DNA from: Blastocatellia bacterium
Lineage (GTDB): Bacteria; Acidobacteriota; Blastocatellia; UBA7656
Assembly (NCBI GenBank): GCA_963765495.1
Contig: CAVXWP010000004.1
Span: forward strand, 64,001-128,000
Direction of reading: 5' to 3'
DNA: 64,000 nt
Made by a program: the position numbers and the translations under genes. Positions 18,463-28,327 of the stretch are shown here, piece after piece (positions within the stretch are counted from its first letter, which is position 1; each line of letters begins with the position of its first letter). Below the pieces are notes generated by a model. It was not told the DNA's origin, made no database searches, and was given only the letters and a program-made list of their open reading frames with translations.

Positions 18463-19205
18463 ACGATGAGGCTCCTTGAAAGGCGGATGAAATGGCAGCA
18501 GAGAATATGCATCCCTGTTTCACGCATCGAAGATGAGCGCTGAGGTTGGGGGAACAGGTCTCAGCCTCTAAGATTGTTAATTACCCTGCGCCTCTAAAGG
18601 CGCTTTGACTCGTCGTTCTTCCTTGAGAGAACCATCAGATGGTTTTAGAACTCGCAAGACCATGGGCAGAGGCGCTTTACCTCTGCAATATTGAATATTT
18701 GCTCCTGACTATCAGGCTTCGAACTTAATTTACGGCGCGAAAACGGGCCGGGAAATGATTTTGGCGATTCTGCACCTTTAACGCAATATTGAAAAGTCGT
18801 CAATTGACGATACGCAAACCGAAAGGCACATCACAAAAAATTGAAAGCTAACATCCGTAATTGCCCCGCTTCTTGTTCTAAGCCACCCTTTTGCGGAGCG
18901 CGTTTACTATACTCAACTGCGATTAATTTAGCAAGTCGGGAAGTCGCCCCTGAAAGGCAGATGAATCACATTAGCCACCTCTTGCCAGAACAGGGGTTGT
19001 CAACTGGAAACGGTTCCCTAACTTCTCAAATTCAATTGATACTGTCCTGTCAGTTCGTTAACACACGATGCTAAATAAAAGCCTTAAGCATTGACACAAT
19101 GATCTTACAAACCCTCGGCCACAAAGGGGCGGAGAGACTGAGAAAATGACCGGGCTTCCCGGATATTTTCCAATCATCTCCGCGCCTCGTGTATTACTTC
19201 TCAAA

Positions 19206-22200
19206 TCACTGGCAATTGCTATTCACCGTATAGGCCGGTCCATCGTCTATGGCCGGGTTACCGTTCTGGCTCTTGGGCACTGTGACTTTGCAAGTAGCTG
19301 TGGTCATATTGCCGGAAGAATCAGAAACTTTAAAAGTGATAGTGTAAACGCGGCCATTTCCTCCGCCTTCACGCTCAGCCCTGAGTTGCACCGATTTGCA
19401 GTTGGCGGCGATGACAATATCGTTGAGCGTATTTCCATCCCCACCACTGTTTTCCGGTTCGTCACTCGTGACCTTTGTAATCACTACATCATTTATACCA
19501 ATGGTAGGATCACATAGATCGCTGACGCTTGCGATACAGTCAGATACATTGACAGTATGGTACTTGTGATTTGCAGGCCATAGCGTGATCGGTTGCCCGA
19601 TGAGCGTGATCACTGGTGGCTGCACATCCTTGACCGTGATTGTGAAGCTGCAATTTGCCGAGCCTGCGATGTTGGTAGCTGTGCAGGTGACCGTAGTCGT
19701 TCCCACCGGGAATGAGCTTCCCGGCGGAGGCGTGCAAACAACGGTCGGCGCGGGGAATCCCGTGGTCGTCACGCTGTAGTTGACCACTGCCGAACATTGA
19801 CCCGACGCGGCATTCACAGTTATTGGACCGGGACAGGTAATGGTCGGCGCAGTGTTTACAGTGGTCGTGGCCGTAGCCGTGTTGTTTGCTGAATTTGGGT
19901 CGGGTGTGCTGCTTGCGGCTGTGACGGTATTGCTGATGATCGTGCCGCCCGCCGTAGCCGAGTTGACGTTGACAACTATCTGGAAAACAGCCGTCTCGCC
20001 GTTTGCTGTTGACGCCTTCGAGAAGACGACGTTTCCGGTCCCACCTACAGACGGCGCGCTCACGCTCCACCCGGTTCCTGTAACTACCGATGCGGAGACA
20101 AACGTTGTGTTTGCCGGAACCGCGTCCGTCACCGTCACGTTTGTGGCATTGCCTGCGCCGTTGTTTACGAAGTTGATCGTGTAAGTGATGTTCTGACCCG
20201 CTGCAACCGGATCGGGCGAATCACTCTTTGTGACCGCAAGATCGGCCTGAGCTACGACGGTGGTCGTGGCCGTAGCCGTGTTGTTCGCACCATTCGGGTC
20301 GGGCGTATCGCTTGCCGCCGTTGCCGTGTTTGTTATGGTAGCGCCGTTTGCTGTGCCGGTATCCACCTTCACAACTATCTGGAAGACAGCCGTCTCGCCG
20401 TTTGCTACCGATGCTTTCGAGAAGACGACATTGCCGGTCCCACCTACGGAGGGCGCGCTCACGCCCCACCCGGTTCCTGTAACTACCGATGCAGAGACAA
20501 ATGTTGTATTTGCCGGAACCGCATCTGTCACCGTCACATTTGAGGCGCTGCTCGGCCCGTTATTTGAGAGGTTTATAGTGTATGTGATGTTGTCTCCGGC
20601 AAAGACCGGATCGGGCGAATCACTCTTTGTGATGCTCAAGTCCGTGTTGTCGAGAGTTGTGCAGGTAGGATCATTTGGCGCGGCCGTATCGGGGTCATCG
20701 GTCACGATGCTGCTGAAGTTGCTCCCCGAAACCGTCGCCTGATTGCACACCTGGGTAGTTCCCGGCGGCAAAACGGGTGAGTTGATCGTCACCTGGAACA
20801 TCACGGTGACGCTTTCGCCTGCGGGCAGGCTCGGAATATTGACAGTCACGGTTTCGCCCGACAGTGCGCTGCTGCTGATGCTCGCTCGTTTCACCTTCGC
20901 GCGATAAGCGGGCTGCGTATTCAGGGTCAAAGGCTGCACCACCCTTATGCCGTTTACAGCCACGTCACGCGGACTTGTTACGGCAAACCCGGAGGAATCC
21001 GACGATTGCTGTGCAACCGCTGTCGTTGAAGCATAGCTTGTCGGCAAGAAGGATACCGGCTGTTGCGAGATCACCTCTCCGACCAGACCTGCGGGCAATT
21101 GAGTCTCAACCTTGCCGGTCTTTGCTTCCGTCGTGCGGCGCACACCGGCAGGCAAGGTGTTTCTCATCAATCTGCCGCGATCCGTCTTGATACTGGTCTT
21201 GTCGTGTTTCAGCACGTAACCTAATTCGCGAGTCACGACGGTCAATAAATCTACGCGCTTATAGGCCTGGCTGGTCTCATCGGCGCGCAACTGACCGCCT
21301 TCGGGAATCCCAAATTCAAGATCATCTTCGGGCGTCGTATCTATAAACCAGCCGTATCCCGCGCCGTTCTTATCAAGAGTTATGCGCGACGGCGTAGCCG
21401 TTGCCAGAACTCCATCGGGGAGATTCGCGATGTCGAATGTAACCGCTTCGAGGCGGGCCGCTTCGTCGGAAGAGATCCCCTCGGCTTTCCACTTCGCTAT
21501 TGCGGCAGGAATGACCCAGGGAAGGTCGGAGTCCTTCAGCTTCTTTGTGCCTTTTCCGCCCGGTCCTTTGCCGCCCTCTGCAAATAGAGTGTCTTCCTGT
21601 GCGGCAGAATCTCCCGGCGAGATGCTAGCAAGGCTCGGCGTCGGACACGCGGCACCGCCTACGAAACCGCCTCCGCTCCCGCTTGGGAAAGCGGACCCGT
21701 CAACGCCCGCCGAGTTGTTCGATTGTACGAATGCGACAACAGCGGCCGAATCCAGAGGCGAGCCCGCGTAGCCCGGAAGTCGCACGGTCGTATCTACGTT
21801 CTGAAACAGATAGAAATCATCATCGGTGAACGGACCGCTGCCGGTCATGTTGTTCTTGTCTGCCGCGCTTGTTCCCCCTATGACCGCACAGACGAAATTT
21901 GTATCGGGCGGTGTGGGCAGGGCTCCCGAATCCAGGAAGATTCCGGTGAAGGCAAACGCGCCCGGCTCGGCTATCGTATTGCCGGTGATAGTGGCATTGA
22001 GCGAGCTGCTGCCTTCGGCGGCACGCAACAGAATGCCCGCTTCGTTGTATTGCCGGATGCTGTTGCCCGTCACAGCCACTGTGTGCGACCCAGTTCCGAG
22101 GCTTATGAGTTGAATGCCTGTGGCTTCGGATGAGCCTGAATCGGCAACACCGGACACGCCTATTGTGTTGTTATCAATAGTGCCTTCGAAGCTTCCTCCT

Positions 22201-24533
22201 CCAGACAATTTTGAGACGTTCAAAGCGGTCCCTTTCGCGTCTCGGAAACTGTTGTTTGAAATTTCGTAGGTCACGTTTATGTTGGAGCCTGTGCCGCCGC
22301 CGACAAACAATGCGCCCCCGCCTCCACTCAAGATCGCGGGATGATTGTTCGACAGTGCGTTGCCGGTAAACAGGATATCCATCGAGGAATTATTTAGCGC
22401 GGTCGTGCTTATCAGATCGCTCCTCGCGCTGGTGAAGAAGCTGTTCATCACCGTGAGATTCAACACGGCGGCGCTCGAAGCCTCTATAAACAATCCGTCT
22501 TCTCCTGACAAAGTGCTGTTTGCGCCGATGGTTGTATTGGTGAGCGTCAGCCTGTCGAGTATGCCTGTGCTGTTTGTAACCCTGACGTTGTCTTTGAATC
22601 CGCCGCTGATGTTGCTGTTAAAGATCAGGGCGCTTCCGACCAGGTTACTGAAGCTTATGCTGCCTTCGCTATCGGCAACCGAATCGCCGTTCACTCCGTT
22701 GATGATGCTTGCGATCAGATTGAAGCCGTTGACGGTTGATCCTCGAATGGCGAAATTGCTGAAGTTGTTTAGCTGCATGGAAGTTAGCGTGACCGCCTGC
22801 GCGTTTGAGAGAAAGACTCCCGAACCTGTGGTCGCGCCGTTTGCGCCCGTCATGTTCTGTATGGTTCCGCCTGAACCGTTGGCCAGCCCCGATCCGTCGC
22901 CGCTGACGGTGAAGCCGCCGGTTGTGTTGCTCAAGATGATACCGTTAGATCCTCCGCTTGCAGAAACGCTGCCAAGCGCGACGGCGAGCGGCGTCGTGCC
23001 GGTCGTTTGCGAGATATCGACGGCGACCGCGTTGCTTGTGCTGATCGCGCCGCCCGCTATGCTTATGCTGCCCGAAGCGGCGATGCTATTTGTGGCGTGC
23101 AATCCGCGCTGACCCGCATCGGGCGTGATCGAGAGACTGCCAAAGGTGACATTGCCGGTGTTGTTATCGAGCCTGACGCCTGTGCTGCCTGAACTGCTTG
23201 CGGTAGTACTGCCGCCGAAGCCGAAAGCGGTCCCGGTATTGTTCTGCAATAACAGCCCGTTGCCGGACGGGTTTGTAATGGTGGTTGGGCCGCTTACTGC
23301 AAACGACCCGCCGCCGCTGCCGGTCACTCTGACGCCCACGCCGCCGTTTGTAGATGAAAGAGTTCCCAAAGAGACGCTCAAGGTTCCGGCCCCTTGGATA
23401 TCTATGGCCGCGCCTCCCGTAGAACTGGCATTCACTGTATCAATCGTCAGGCTACCGACCGACGATCCGGCGATGCCTGCTCCGCCGCCCTGCCCGTCGG
23501 CATTCAAACCGCGAACGGTGTTGTCCGTCGAGAGAGTGACGCCGTTGCCGGCGGCATTCGTGATCTGGGGAGAACTCGTAGAAGTCACAAGCGTCTGGCT
23601 GTTGACGACAAGGTTTACTCCCTGCCCTATCAGCCGCTGATTCGCCTCAAGTTCCAGGCCACCTCCATACGGGCCGCTGCCCTGGAAAACGAATATGATG
23701 TGACCGGGACTGTCGGCATCGCCTGCGCCTCCCGCTCCGTTGACGGGTGCGAGGCTGTTGAAAGGCGAAAACGAACGGCCATCGCCGTTTGTCGCCTGCG
23801 AATTGTCCACGTACCAGACCATCTCGCTTATGGTTATTGATACTGTAGCCGTATCGGTTTTTGAACCGTCGCTCAAGGTATAGGTAAAAGTGTCTGTCGT
23901 ATTGGTGACACCAACGGGCGGATCATAGGTAAAGCTGCCGTCCCCAGTGTTCACCGAAACGTTGCCGCCCAGCGTGCTCGTTGCATCGAAAGCGGTTATC
24001 GAAATGGTATCGCCATCTGGGTCCGAATCGTTTGCAAGCACCCCGTTCACCGCGTTTATAGTGAATCGCGTATTACCAATTGCGTTCGCATACGCATCGT
24101 CTACGGCCAGGGGCGACGTGTTGAGCGACCCGCTCACAAGGGTCGTGTTCGGGTCAATGGTATCGCTCAGGACTACTCCCGTAGCATCCATGCTTCCGCT
24201 GTTGGTGATTGTGACGCTATACATCAGGGTATCACCGGGATCGGCATTATTATCGCCGTCATTGTCAACAGCGAGCGCATCGGTCTTTGTGGCTGTGACG
24301 AGTGGGGCGAGAAGGCTGTTTGTACCGAATGTTTTTACAAGCTCACTTCCCCGCCGGGCCGAAGCGATATTTGATAGCGGTTGAGCCGTCTTTGCCGGCT
24401 CGGGGGCGAATTCGCCTGGTGATGAGTAGGCCGGTCTGCGTAAAAAGCTGGGCAACGCGATCAGACAGACCAGAACCGTTATGGTCAGCAACAGGCGGAC
24501 CAGGAACTTATTAGCTCGAATTCTCTCTTTCAT
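19206..24533 (-). CDS. Large secreted adhesin-like protein (1775 aa), paralog of 8377..18462, with 2 DUF11 repeats, HYR and an LWPxNHK...LRAER-type C-terminal domain
   Basis: Signal peptide. The N-terminal architecture is the same (ATKTD...ADPGDTLMY, AIGNTR, VWYVDN, AEGGKGPGGK...DLPWVIPAAI). The C-terminus reads LWPANHKY...LRAEREGGGNGRVYTI. RBS aaggag. Confidence 0.9.
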   Translation of the reverse strand: MKERIRANKFLVRLLLTITVLVCLIALPSFLRRPAYSSPGEFAPEPAKTAQPLSNIASARRGSELVKTFGTNSLLAPLVTATKTDALAVDNDGDNNADPGDTLMYSVTITNSGSMDATGVVLSDTIDPNTTLVSGSLNTSPLAVDDAYANAIGNTRFTINAVNGVLANDSDPDGDTISITAFDATSTLGGNVSVNTGDGSFTYDPPVGVTNTTDTFTYTLSDGSKTDTATVSITISEMVWYVDNSQATNGDGRSFSPFNSLAPVNGAGGAGDADSPGHIIFVFQGSGPYGGGLELEANQRLIGQGVNLVVNSQTLVTSTSSPQITNAAGNGVTLSTDNTVRGLNADGQGGGAGIAGSSVGSLTIDTVNASSTGGAAIDIQGAGTLSVSLGTLSSTNGGVGVRVTGSGGGSFAVSGPTTITNPSGNGLLLQNNTGTAFGFGGSTTASSSGSTGVRLDNNTGNVTFGSLSITPDAGQRGLHATNSIAASGSISIAGGAISTSNAVAVDISQTTGTTPLAVALGSVSASGGSNGIILSNTTGGFTVSGDGSGLANGSGGTIQNMTGANGATTGSGVFLSNAQAVTLTSMQLNNFSNFAIRGSTVNGFNLIASIINGVNGDSVADSEGSISFSNLVGSALIFNSNISGGFKDNVRVTNSTGILDRLTLTNTTIGANSTLSGEDGLFIEASSAAVLNLTVMNSFFTSARSDLISTTALNNSSMDILFTGNALSNNHPAILSGGGGALFVGGGTGSNINVTYEISNNSFRDAKGTALNVSKLSGGGSFEGTIDNNTIGVSGVADSGSSEATGIQLISLGTGSHTVAVTGNSIRQYNEAGILLRAAEGSSSLNATITGNTIAEPGAFAFTGIFLDSGALPTPPDTNFVCAVIGGTSAADKNNMTGSGPFTDDDFYLFQNVDTTVRLPGYAGSPLDSAAVVAFVQSNNSAGVDGSAFPSGSGGGFVGGAACPTPSLASISPGDSAAQEDTLFAEGGKGPGGKGTKKLKDSDLPWVIPAAIAKWKAEGISSDEAARLEAVTFDIANLPDGVLATATPSRITLDKNGAGYGWFIDTTPEDDLEFGIPEGGQLRADETSQAYKRVDLLTVVTRELGYVLKHDKTSIKTDRGRLMRNTLPAGVRRTTEAKTGKVETQLPAGLVGEVISQQPVSFLPTSYASTTAVAQQSSDSSGFAVTSPRDVAVNGIRVVQPLTLNTQPAYRAKVKRASISSSALSGETVTVNIPSLPAGESVTVMFQVTINSPVLPPGTTQVCNQATVSGSNFSSIVTDDPDTAAPNDPTCTTLDNTDLSITKSDSPDPVFAGDNITYTINLSNNGPSSASNVTVTDAVPANTTFVSASVVTGTGWGVSAPSVGGTGNVVFSKASVANGETAVFQIVVKVDTGTANGATITNTATAASDTPDPNGANNTATATTTVVAQADLAVTKSDSPDPVAAGQNITYTINFVNNGAGNATNVTVTDAVPANTTFVSASVVTGTGWSVSAPSVGGTGNVVFSKASTANGETAVFQIVVNVNSATAGGTIISNTVTAASSTPDPNSANNTATATTTVNTAPTITCPGPITVNAASGQCSAVVNYSVTTTGFPAPTVVCTPPPGSSFPVGTTTVTCTATNIAGSANCSFTITVKDVQPPVITLIGQPITLWPANHKYHTVNVSDCIASVSDLCDPTIGINDVVITKVTSDEPENSGGDGNTLNDIVIAANCKSVQLRAEREGGGNGRVYTITFKVSDSSGNMTTATCKVTVPKSQNGNPAIDDGPAYTVNSNCQ

Positions 24534-25101
24534 TATTCAATACTCCTTTAGCGGTTAAGGGATGGTCATATCGAACGTCCTTTTGGAGGACAGTCAAACC
24601 GGGTTTACATAGTTGAAGCCGGACACAGGCCAGAGATTAGCGCCCGGCGTGGAAACCTCTAAAAGGCTTTATTCAATGTTCAAGTAAAAAGCTCTTTCGA
24701 CAAAGCTCTAAGCGAAGTGACAAGTTCACCAGAAGAATGATTGACGGAGCGGCAAGTAGTTCTATGGAGAGTGCTGGCGAACTATGCGCCGTCAAGTCAT
24801 TCCTATAGGCAGTAATGGATAATACCGACCGGCGAAAAAAAACGATGTGCCGGGCAAGTCGTTGACTGCTCAATTGCAACAATCGAGTGATACTTTCCAG
24901 CCTGGCCGGAGGATATATCCGAAGTTCAATTTGATAAAAACAATCAGCGAAGGCGAGACTCAATTATAGAAGGCATAAGATGTAGAAAGACCTCTAAATC
25001 AAGCAAAAACTCTCTGATTTATTGCGAGATTCTTCATTCATCTTATGCCTTCTGTCCTCAAGCCTGCCCGTCTCAGATTGCGCGCACCCCTCTTACAGGC
25101 G

Positions 25102-25626
25102 CTAGGTTCTGGGTGGGAACACTCCCTGAAGAGCTATACAAAAGTAAAAAGTAAGGTACGGCTGCATATTGTTATGGGGCTGGTCGCCGCCCGACGGAGC
25201 TATCGCATTGTCAGACATGCTCACTGTAGGAGTGAGTGTCGTCGAGTAGGCGTTTCCACCCTGCGACCTTGTCAGGTTGACGGCTGAACTCGGCGTGGTG
25301 ACGCTTGCCGAGATAGCGCCCGTATTAAGAGCATGGCTGTGCGCGGGCATCTCGGATTCGAGCAGCGATACCGTCTCCGACCCGCCCGTCTCGCCCAGAT
25401 CGTGAAGCGATAATCCCGGCCCCTGGCCCGGGTGCATCGCCGCCCTGCCCTGCAAATCGGGGAGGGCAAAATTTGATTTGCCGTTGCCTCCATAAGTCGT
25501 CCCGAGCAGCGAGAAGAGAGCCGTGTTCTGGCTGAGCGGCAACAACTGCCCGTCGCACCAGGCCCAGCCTTTTGGCGCGAAGTTGAAAGGAAATATTCTG
25601 ATTTCAGCTACAAACGGATCCGCCAT
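25102..25626 (-). CDS. Phage tail-collar domain protein (microcystin-dependent protein MdpB-like), copy 3
   Basis: FVAEIRIFPFNFAPKGWAWCDGQLL..QNTALFSLLGTTYGG..FALPDLQGR, MPAHSH and GGDQPHNNMQPYL...CIALQGVFP motifs. RBS aaggaggag. Confidence 0.93.
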   Translation of the reverse strand: MADPFVAEIRIFPFNFAPKGWAWCDGQLLPLSQNTALFSLLGTTYGGNGKSNFALPDLQGRAAMHPGQGPGLSLHDLGETGGSETVSLLESEMPAHSHALNTGAISASVTTPSSAVNLTRSQGGNAYSTTLTPTVSMSDNAIAPSGGDQPHNNMQPYLTFYFCIALQGVFPPRT

Positions 25627-25732
25627 GATCTCCTCCTTGATACCCGGGCCTCAAGGCCCCGGATATCGAGATGATGTAGTTAGAGAGAAAAATTCTGATC
25701 TCAACAAACAGAGACTGCAAAACCGATCTCCT

Positions 25733-26236
25733 TCATGTGGGCGACGGGAAAATCCCGAACAGTGAGATGATATAGTTTATGCACAGATAGGGCTGAAAGT
25801 TAGTGTGCGGCTGGCTGCCGCCTGTTGACGTAATCGCGCTTGCCGCTGCGGGGATAGTCGGCGATATTACTCTATAGAGAGTTACCGAAGGCGACTGCGA
25901 TACCACATTATTTGTCGGATCGGCCACCGAGCCGATATTTTGGGTAGCCAGGTAGGGGTGAGAGTGCGCCGGCATCTGATTGACTGTAAGAGTCACTTCT
26001 TCCACACCACCCGATTCTGCCAGTATGAACCCGTTCCCCTGATGCACCGGAATCCGGCCTCGCAGATCGGGAAGAGCAAAGGTGCTCTGTCCATCCCCGC
26101 CGTAGGTAGTTCCTATGAGATTGAATAGAGTCTCATTCTCACTTATGGGGAGCAATTGTCCTTCGCAAAACATCCAGCCTGCCGGCGCGAAGTTGCCGGC
26201 GAACATTCTGATTTCACCTACATAAGGTTGCGCCAT
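25733..26236 (-). CDS. Phage tail-collar domain protein (MdpB-like), copy 2
   Basis: YVGEIRMFAGNFAPAGWMFCEGQLL, FALPDLRGR, MPAHSH and GGSQPHTNFQPYL..IISLFGIFP motifs. RBS aaggagga. Confidence 0.93.
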   Translation of the reverse strand: MAQPYVGEIRMFAGNFAPAGWMFCEGQLLPISENETLFNLIGTTYGGDGQSTFALPDLRGRIPVHQGNGFILAESGGVEEVTLTVNQMPAHSHPYLATQNIGSVADPTNNVVSQSPSVTLYRVISPTIPAAASAITSTGGSQPHTNFQPYLCINYIISLFGIFPSPT

Positions 26237-26246
26237 ATTTTCCTCC

Positions 26247-26744
26247 TTAGTTGGGCGATGGGAAGATACCTTGAAGAGCTATACAGAAACTGAGCGTCAA
26301 AAACGGCATCATATTTAAATGGGCCTGACTGCCGCCGATATTCCCGACGGTCGTTGAATTCAGAGCCGTCAAGGCAGAAGCCGAATTGTAGACGTTATTT
26401 GCTTTTGCCAGAAGAGCGTTGGTGGCAACGGGCACACCTCCATCGCTTGTCGTGGCCTGCGCCGTATGTACATGGGTCGGGAGTTCGGATATAGAGAGCG
26501 TGTGCGCCTGCTCTCCTCCGCGCTCTCCGAGCGTGTGTCCCGAGCCTACGTGTATAGGCACGCGGGAACGCAGATCGGGCAGGGCGAAGTTCACACGCCC
26601 GTCGCCACCAAAGGTCGTCCCCAGCAGCGAAAACAACGCCTGGTTCTGATTGATAGGCAATAGCTGCCCGTCGCACAGCGCCCATCCCTTGGGTGCGAAC
26701 ACAAAGCTCATGATTCTGATTTCAGACAGAAAAGGTTCCGCCAT
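26247..26744 (-). CDS. Phage tail-collar domain protein (MdpB-like), copy 1
   Basis: FLSEIRIMSFVFAPKGWALCDGQLL, FALPDLRSR, LPTHVH and GGSQAHLNMMPFL..CIALQGIFP motifs. The start is set at ATG 26744, behind RBS aaggaggg and collinear with the paralogs. Confidence 0.93.
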   Translation of the reverse strand: MAEPFLSEIRIMSFVFAPKGWALCDGQLLPINQNQALFSLLGTTFGGDGRVNFALPDLRSRVPIHVGSGHTLGERGGEQAHTLSISELPTHVHTAQATTSDGGVPVATNALLAKANNVYNSASALTALNSTTVGNIGGSQAHLNMMPFLTLSFCIALQGIFPSPN

Positions 26745-26933
26745 ACTTTTCCCTCCTTTAGCATGGGTCCTGACTAGAGTCTGGTGAGTAACTGAAGCCG
26801 GGGTAAAGAAGCCGGCCAAAAAGATGAATATTTGAAGCCTGGGCAGTAAGCGCCTTACTATTCAACGCTCGCACTCTCCTGAGAAGGCAGAAAGGTTGAT
26901 TCTCAACTGAACAATTCCCTGTTGGGCGGAGCG

Positions 26934-26962
26934 ATTCTATAGCTAAGTAATTTCCATGTCAA
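26934..26962 (-). promoter_or_regulatory. Sigma70-type promoter for the tail-collar operon
   Basis: Minus strand TTGACA (26962-26957), 17 bp spacer, TAGAAT (26939-26934). Confidence 0.7.
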
Positions 26963-27131
26963 GCAAATATGAATTTCATGACAAGAAAACTCTTGAAAAT
27001 TTTTGCGATATTCTTCTTAATTAGGCCGAAGCAACCAGCCAACTTGCCCCAGGTTACCAAACCCGCCCCTCGACCCCGCGACAGACTTCCCCCACAAATC
27101 AATCATCAGGCTAAATTATGAGGATATTTGA

Positions 27132-27602
27132 ATGTCAATTTCACGAAGAAGTTTTCTAATAAAAGGATCAATGGCAGGTCTTTCCTCCGCGCTCTTTCTG
27201 AGCGTCACCACAAACGCCTTCGGACAAAGAGGTCGGACCAGAGACGATAAGGCTGGATTTCCTATTCCAAAAGATGTCGAACACGATCCGCTCAACGCTC
27301 TCACCATGGAGATGTTTGCCAAGAATAAGTACTCGAAGTTCTACATCCACGTGAATGACTCAACGGTTGTGGAAATGGAGTTGATCGAAATCACGGAGGG
27401 ACCTTCCGAGCAAAGCGATTTGCTCGAAGGCTTCATGCTGGGATTCCACACCCACGGGGAAAAGACCGTCGGGCAAGGAACCTACAAGATAAAACATGGA
27501 AAGTTGGGAGAGTTCGAGATGTTTCTGGTCCCAAGCTACTGGGATATGTACGGAGTGGATTACGTAGCAGTATTCAATCGCTTGCGCCCTTCCGGCAAAT
27601 AA
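27132..27602 (+). CDS. DUF6916-like protein with twin-arginine (Tat) signal peptide
   Basis: N-terminus MSISRRSFL followed by a hydrophobic stretch ending TNAFG. The C-terminal domain (ELIEI...FMLGF...GQGTYKIKHGKLGEFEMFLVP...YVAVFN) is homologous to 28328..28627. Confidence 0.8.
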   Translation: MSISRRSFLIKGSMAGLSSALFLSVTTNAFGQRGRTRDDKAGFPIPKDVEHDPLNALTMEMFAKNKYSKFYIHVNDSTVVEMELIEITEGPSEQSDLLEGFMLGFHTHGEKTVGQGTYKIKHGKLGEFEMFLVPSYWDMYGVDYVAVFNRLRPSGK

Positions 27603-27645
27603 AACTCGGCGGATAAAATGACGCTCACATAATGCTCCCCTATTA

Positions 27646-27702
27646 CTACGCCGGACACGTTCTTCTTTTATAAGGGGAAGAACGTGTCCGGCGTAGCGTT
27701 TT
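27646..27702. terminator. Long hairpin / probable terminator between convergent genes
   Basis: Perfect 20-bp inverted repeat ctacgccggacacgttcttc (27646-27665) / gaagaacgtgtccggcgtag (27677-27696), followed by a short T-run. Confidence 0.75.
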
Positions 27703-27770
27703 ACTAGGCCGCTCAGCAAAGACCGGTATCAGGCTGTAATCGAAGGCGGAACGGATCATTGAAGGCTCAT

Positions 27771-28298
27771 TTAGCCCGTCGAATCGGCGACCTCTTGCCC
27801 GCTTTTGTCTGAATTCCATTCCATTTGAAAACTCGCTCCATATTCGCCTATCTGCGTAAAACCCAATCGCTCAAAAAGGTGGAGGGCCGGGCTAAAGCTT
27901 TCGACATAGATGCGAACGGGGCGACCCGACGCCTCGGCTTCGGCCATCAGTTCTTTGATGAGCGGAGTCCCAATACCGCGATTGCGATACGCAAGCAGCA
28001 GAGAGATGTCGAGTATGCGAATCTCTCCTTCGCCTTTTGCAAGATAAAGGCGTCCGACCGGAGTTTGATCCAGCATTATTACCCGCAGGTCCGCGTATGG
28101 GAACTTCATCAGGTAGAAATCCTGTTGAGCCTTGAACTGCAACTTCAGAAAGGCTTCGCGCTGCGCGTCATTCCAGGGTACGACGGATAATTCCTCGATC
28201 CGCGTACTGGCGTAAACATCAAGCAAAAAGGCTTCATCGTCGGGTTTGATCGGGCGGGTGGTCACTGACATAGAATTTTCGCGCATGGATTGATCCAT
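27771..28298 (-). CDS. GNAT family N-acetyltransferase (tail-collar cluster type)
   Basis: FLLDVYASTR..E, FLKLQFKAQ, GRLY, ILDISLL..YRNRGIGT (acetyl-CoA motif A) and LFERLGF motifs. The start may be a few codons further downstream. Confidence 0.9.
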   Translation of the reverse strand: MDQSMRENSMSVTTRPIKPDDEAFLLDVYASTRIEELSVVPWNDAQREAFLKLQFKAQQDFYLMKFPYADLRVIMLDQTPVGRLYLAKGEGEIRILDISLLLAYRNRGIGTPLIKELMAEAEASGRPVRIYVESFSPALHLFERLGFTQIGEYGASFQMEWNSDKSGQEVADSTG

Positions 28299-28327
28299 CC
28301 CATATTAATCTATTTAATCTGCTCTAT

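Noticed and set aside
8675-18469. Many plus-strand ORFs, including a series of 132-aa ORFs
   Set aside because: They are antisense shadows of the repetitive Thr/Val/Ala-rich giant gene, and their periodicity mirrors the DUF11 repeats.
18810-18835. gcaaaccgaaagg resembling a c-di-GMP-I riboswitch fragment
   Set aside because: It is on the wrong strand for the downstream gene and the second stem consensus is missing.
19118-19192. Weak inverted repeat after the 1775-aa gene, resembling the nonamer elements
   Set aside because: It is too degenerate to define arms confidently.
24673-24963. 96-aa ORF between the collar genes and the 1775-aa gene
   Set aside because: It has a TTG start, no RBS and no motif, and is probably non-coding leader.
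25102-26744. Tail-collar genes as a prophage remnant or as part of the tail locus at 57-64 kb
   Set aside because: There are no adjacent phage genes, the genes are intact with their own promoter, and they are 30 kb from the tail locus with unrelated operons between. A functional link is not excluded but is unsupported.
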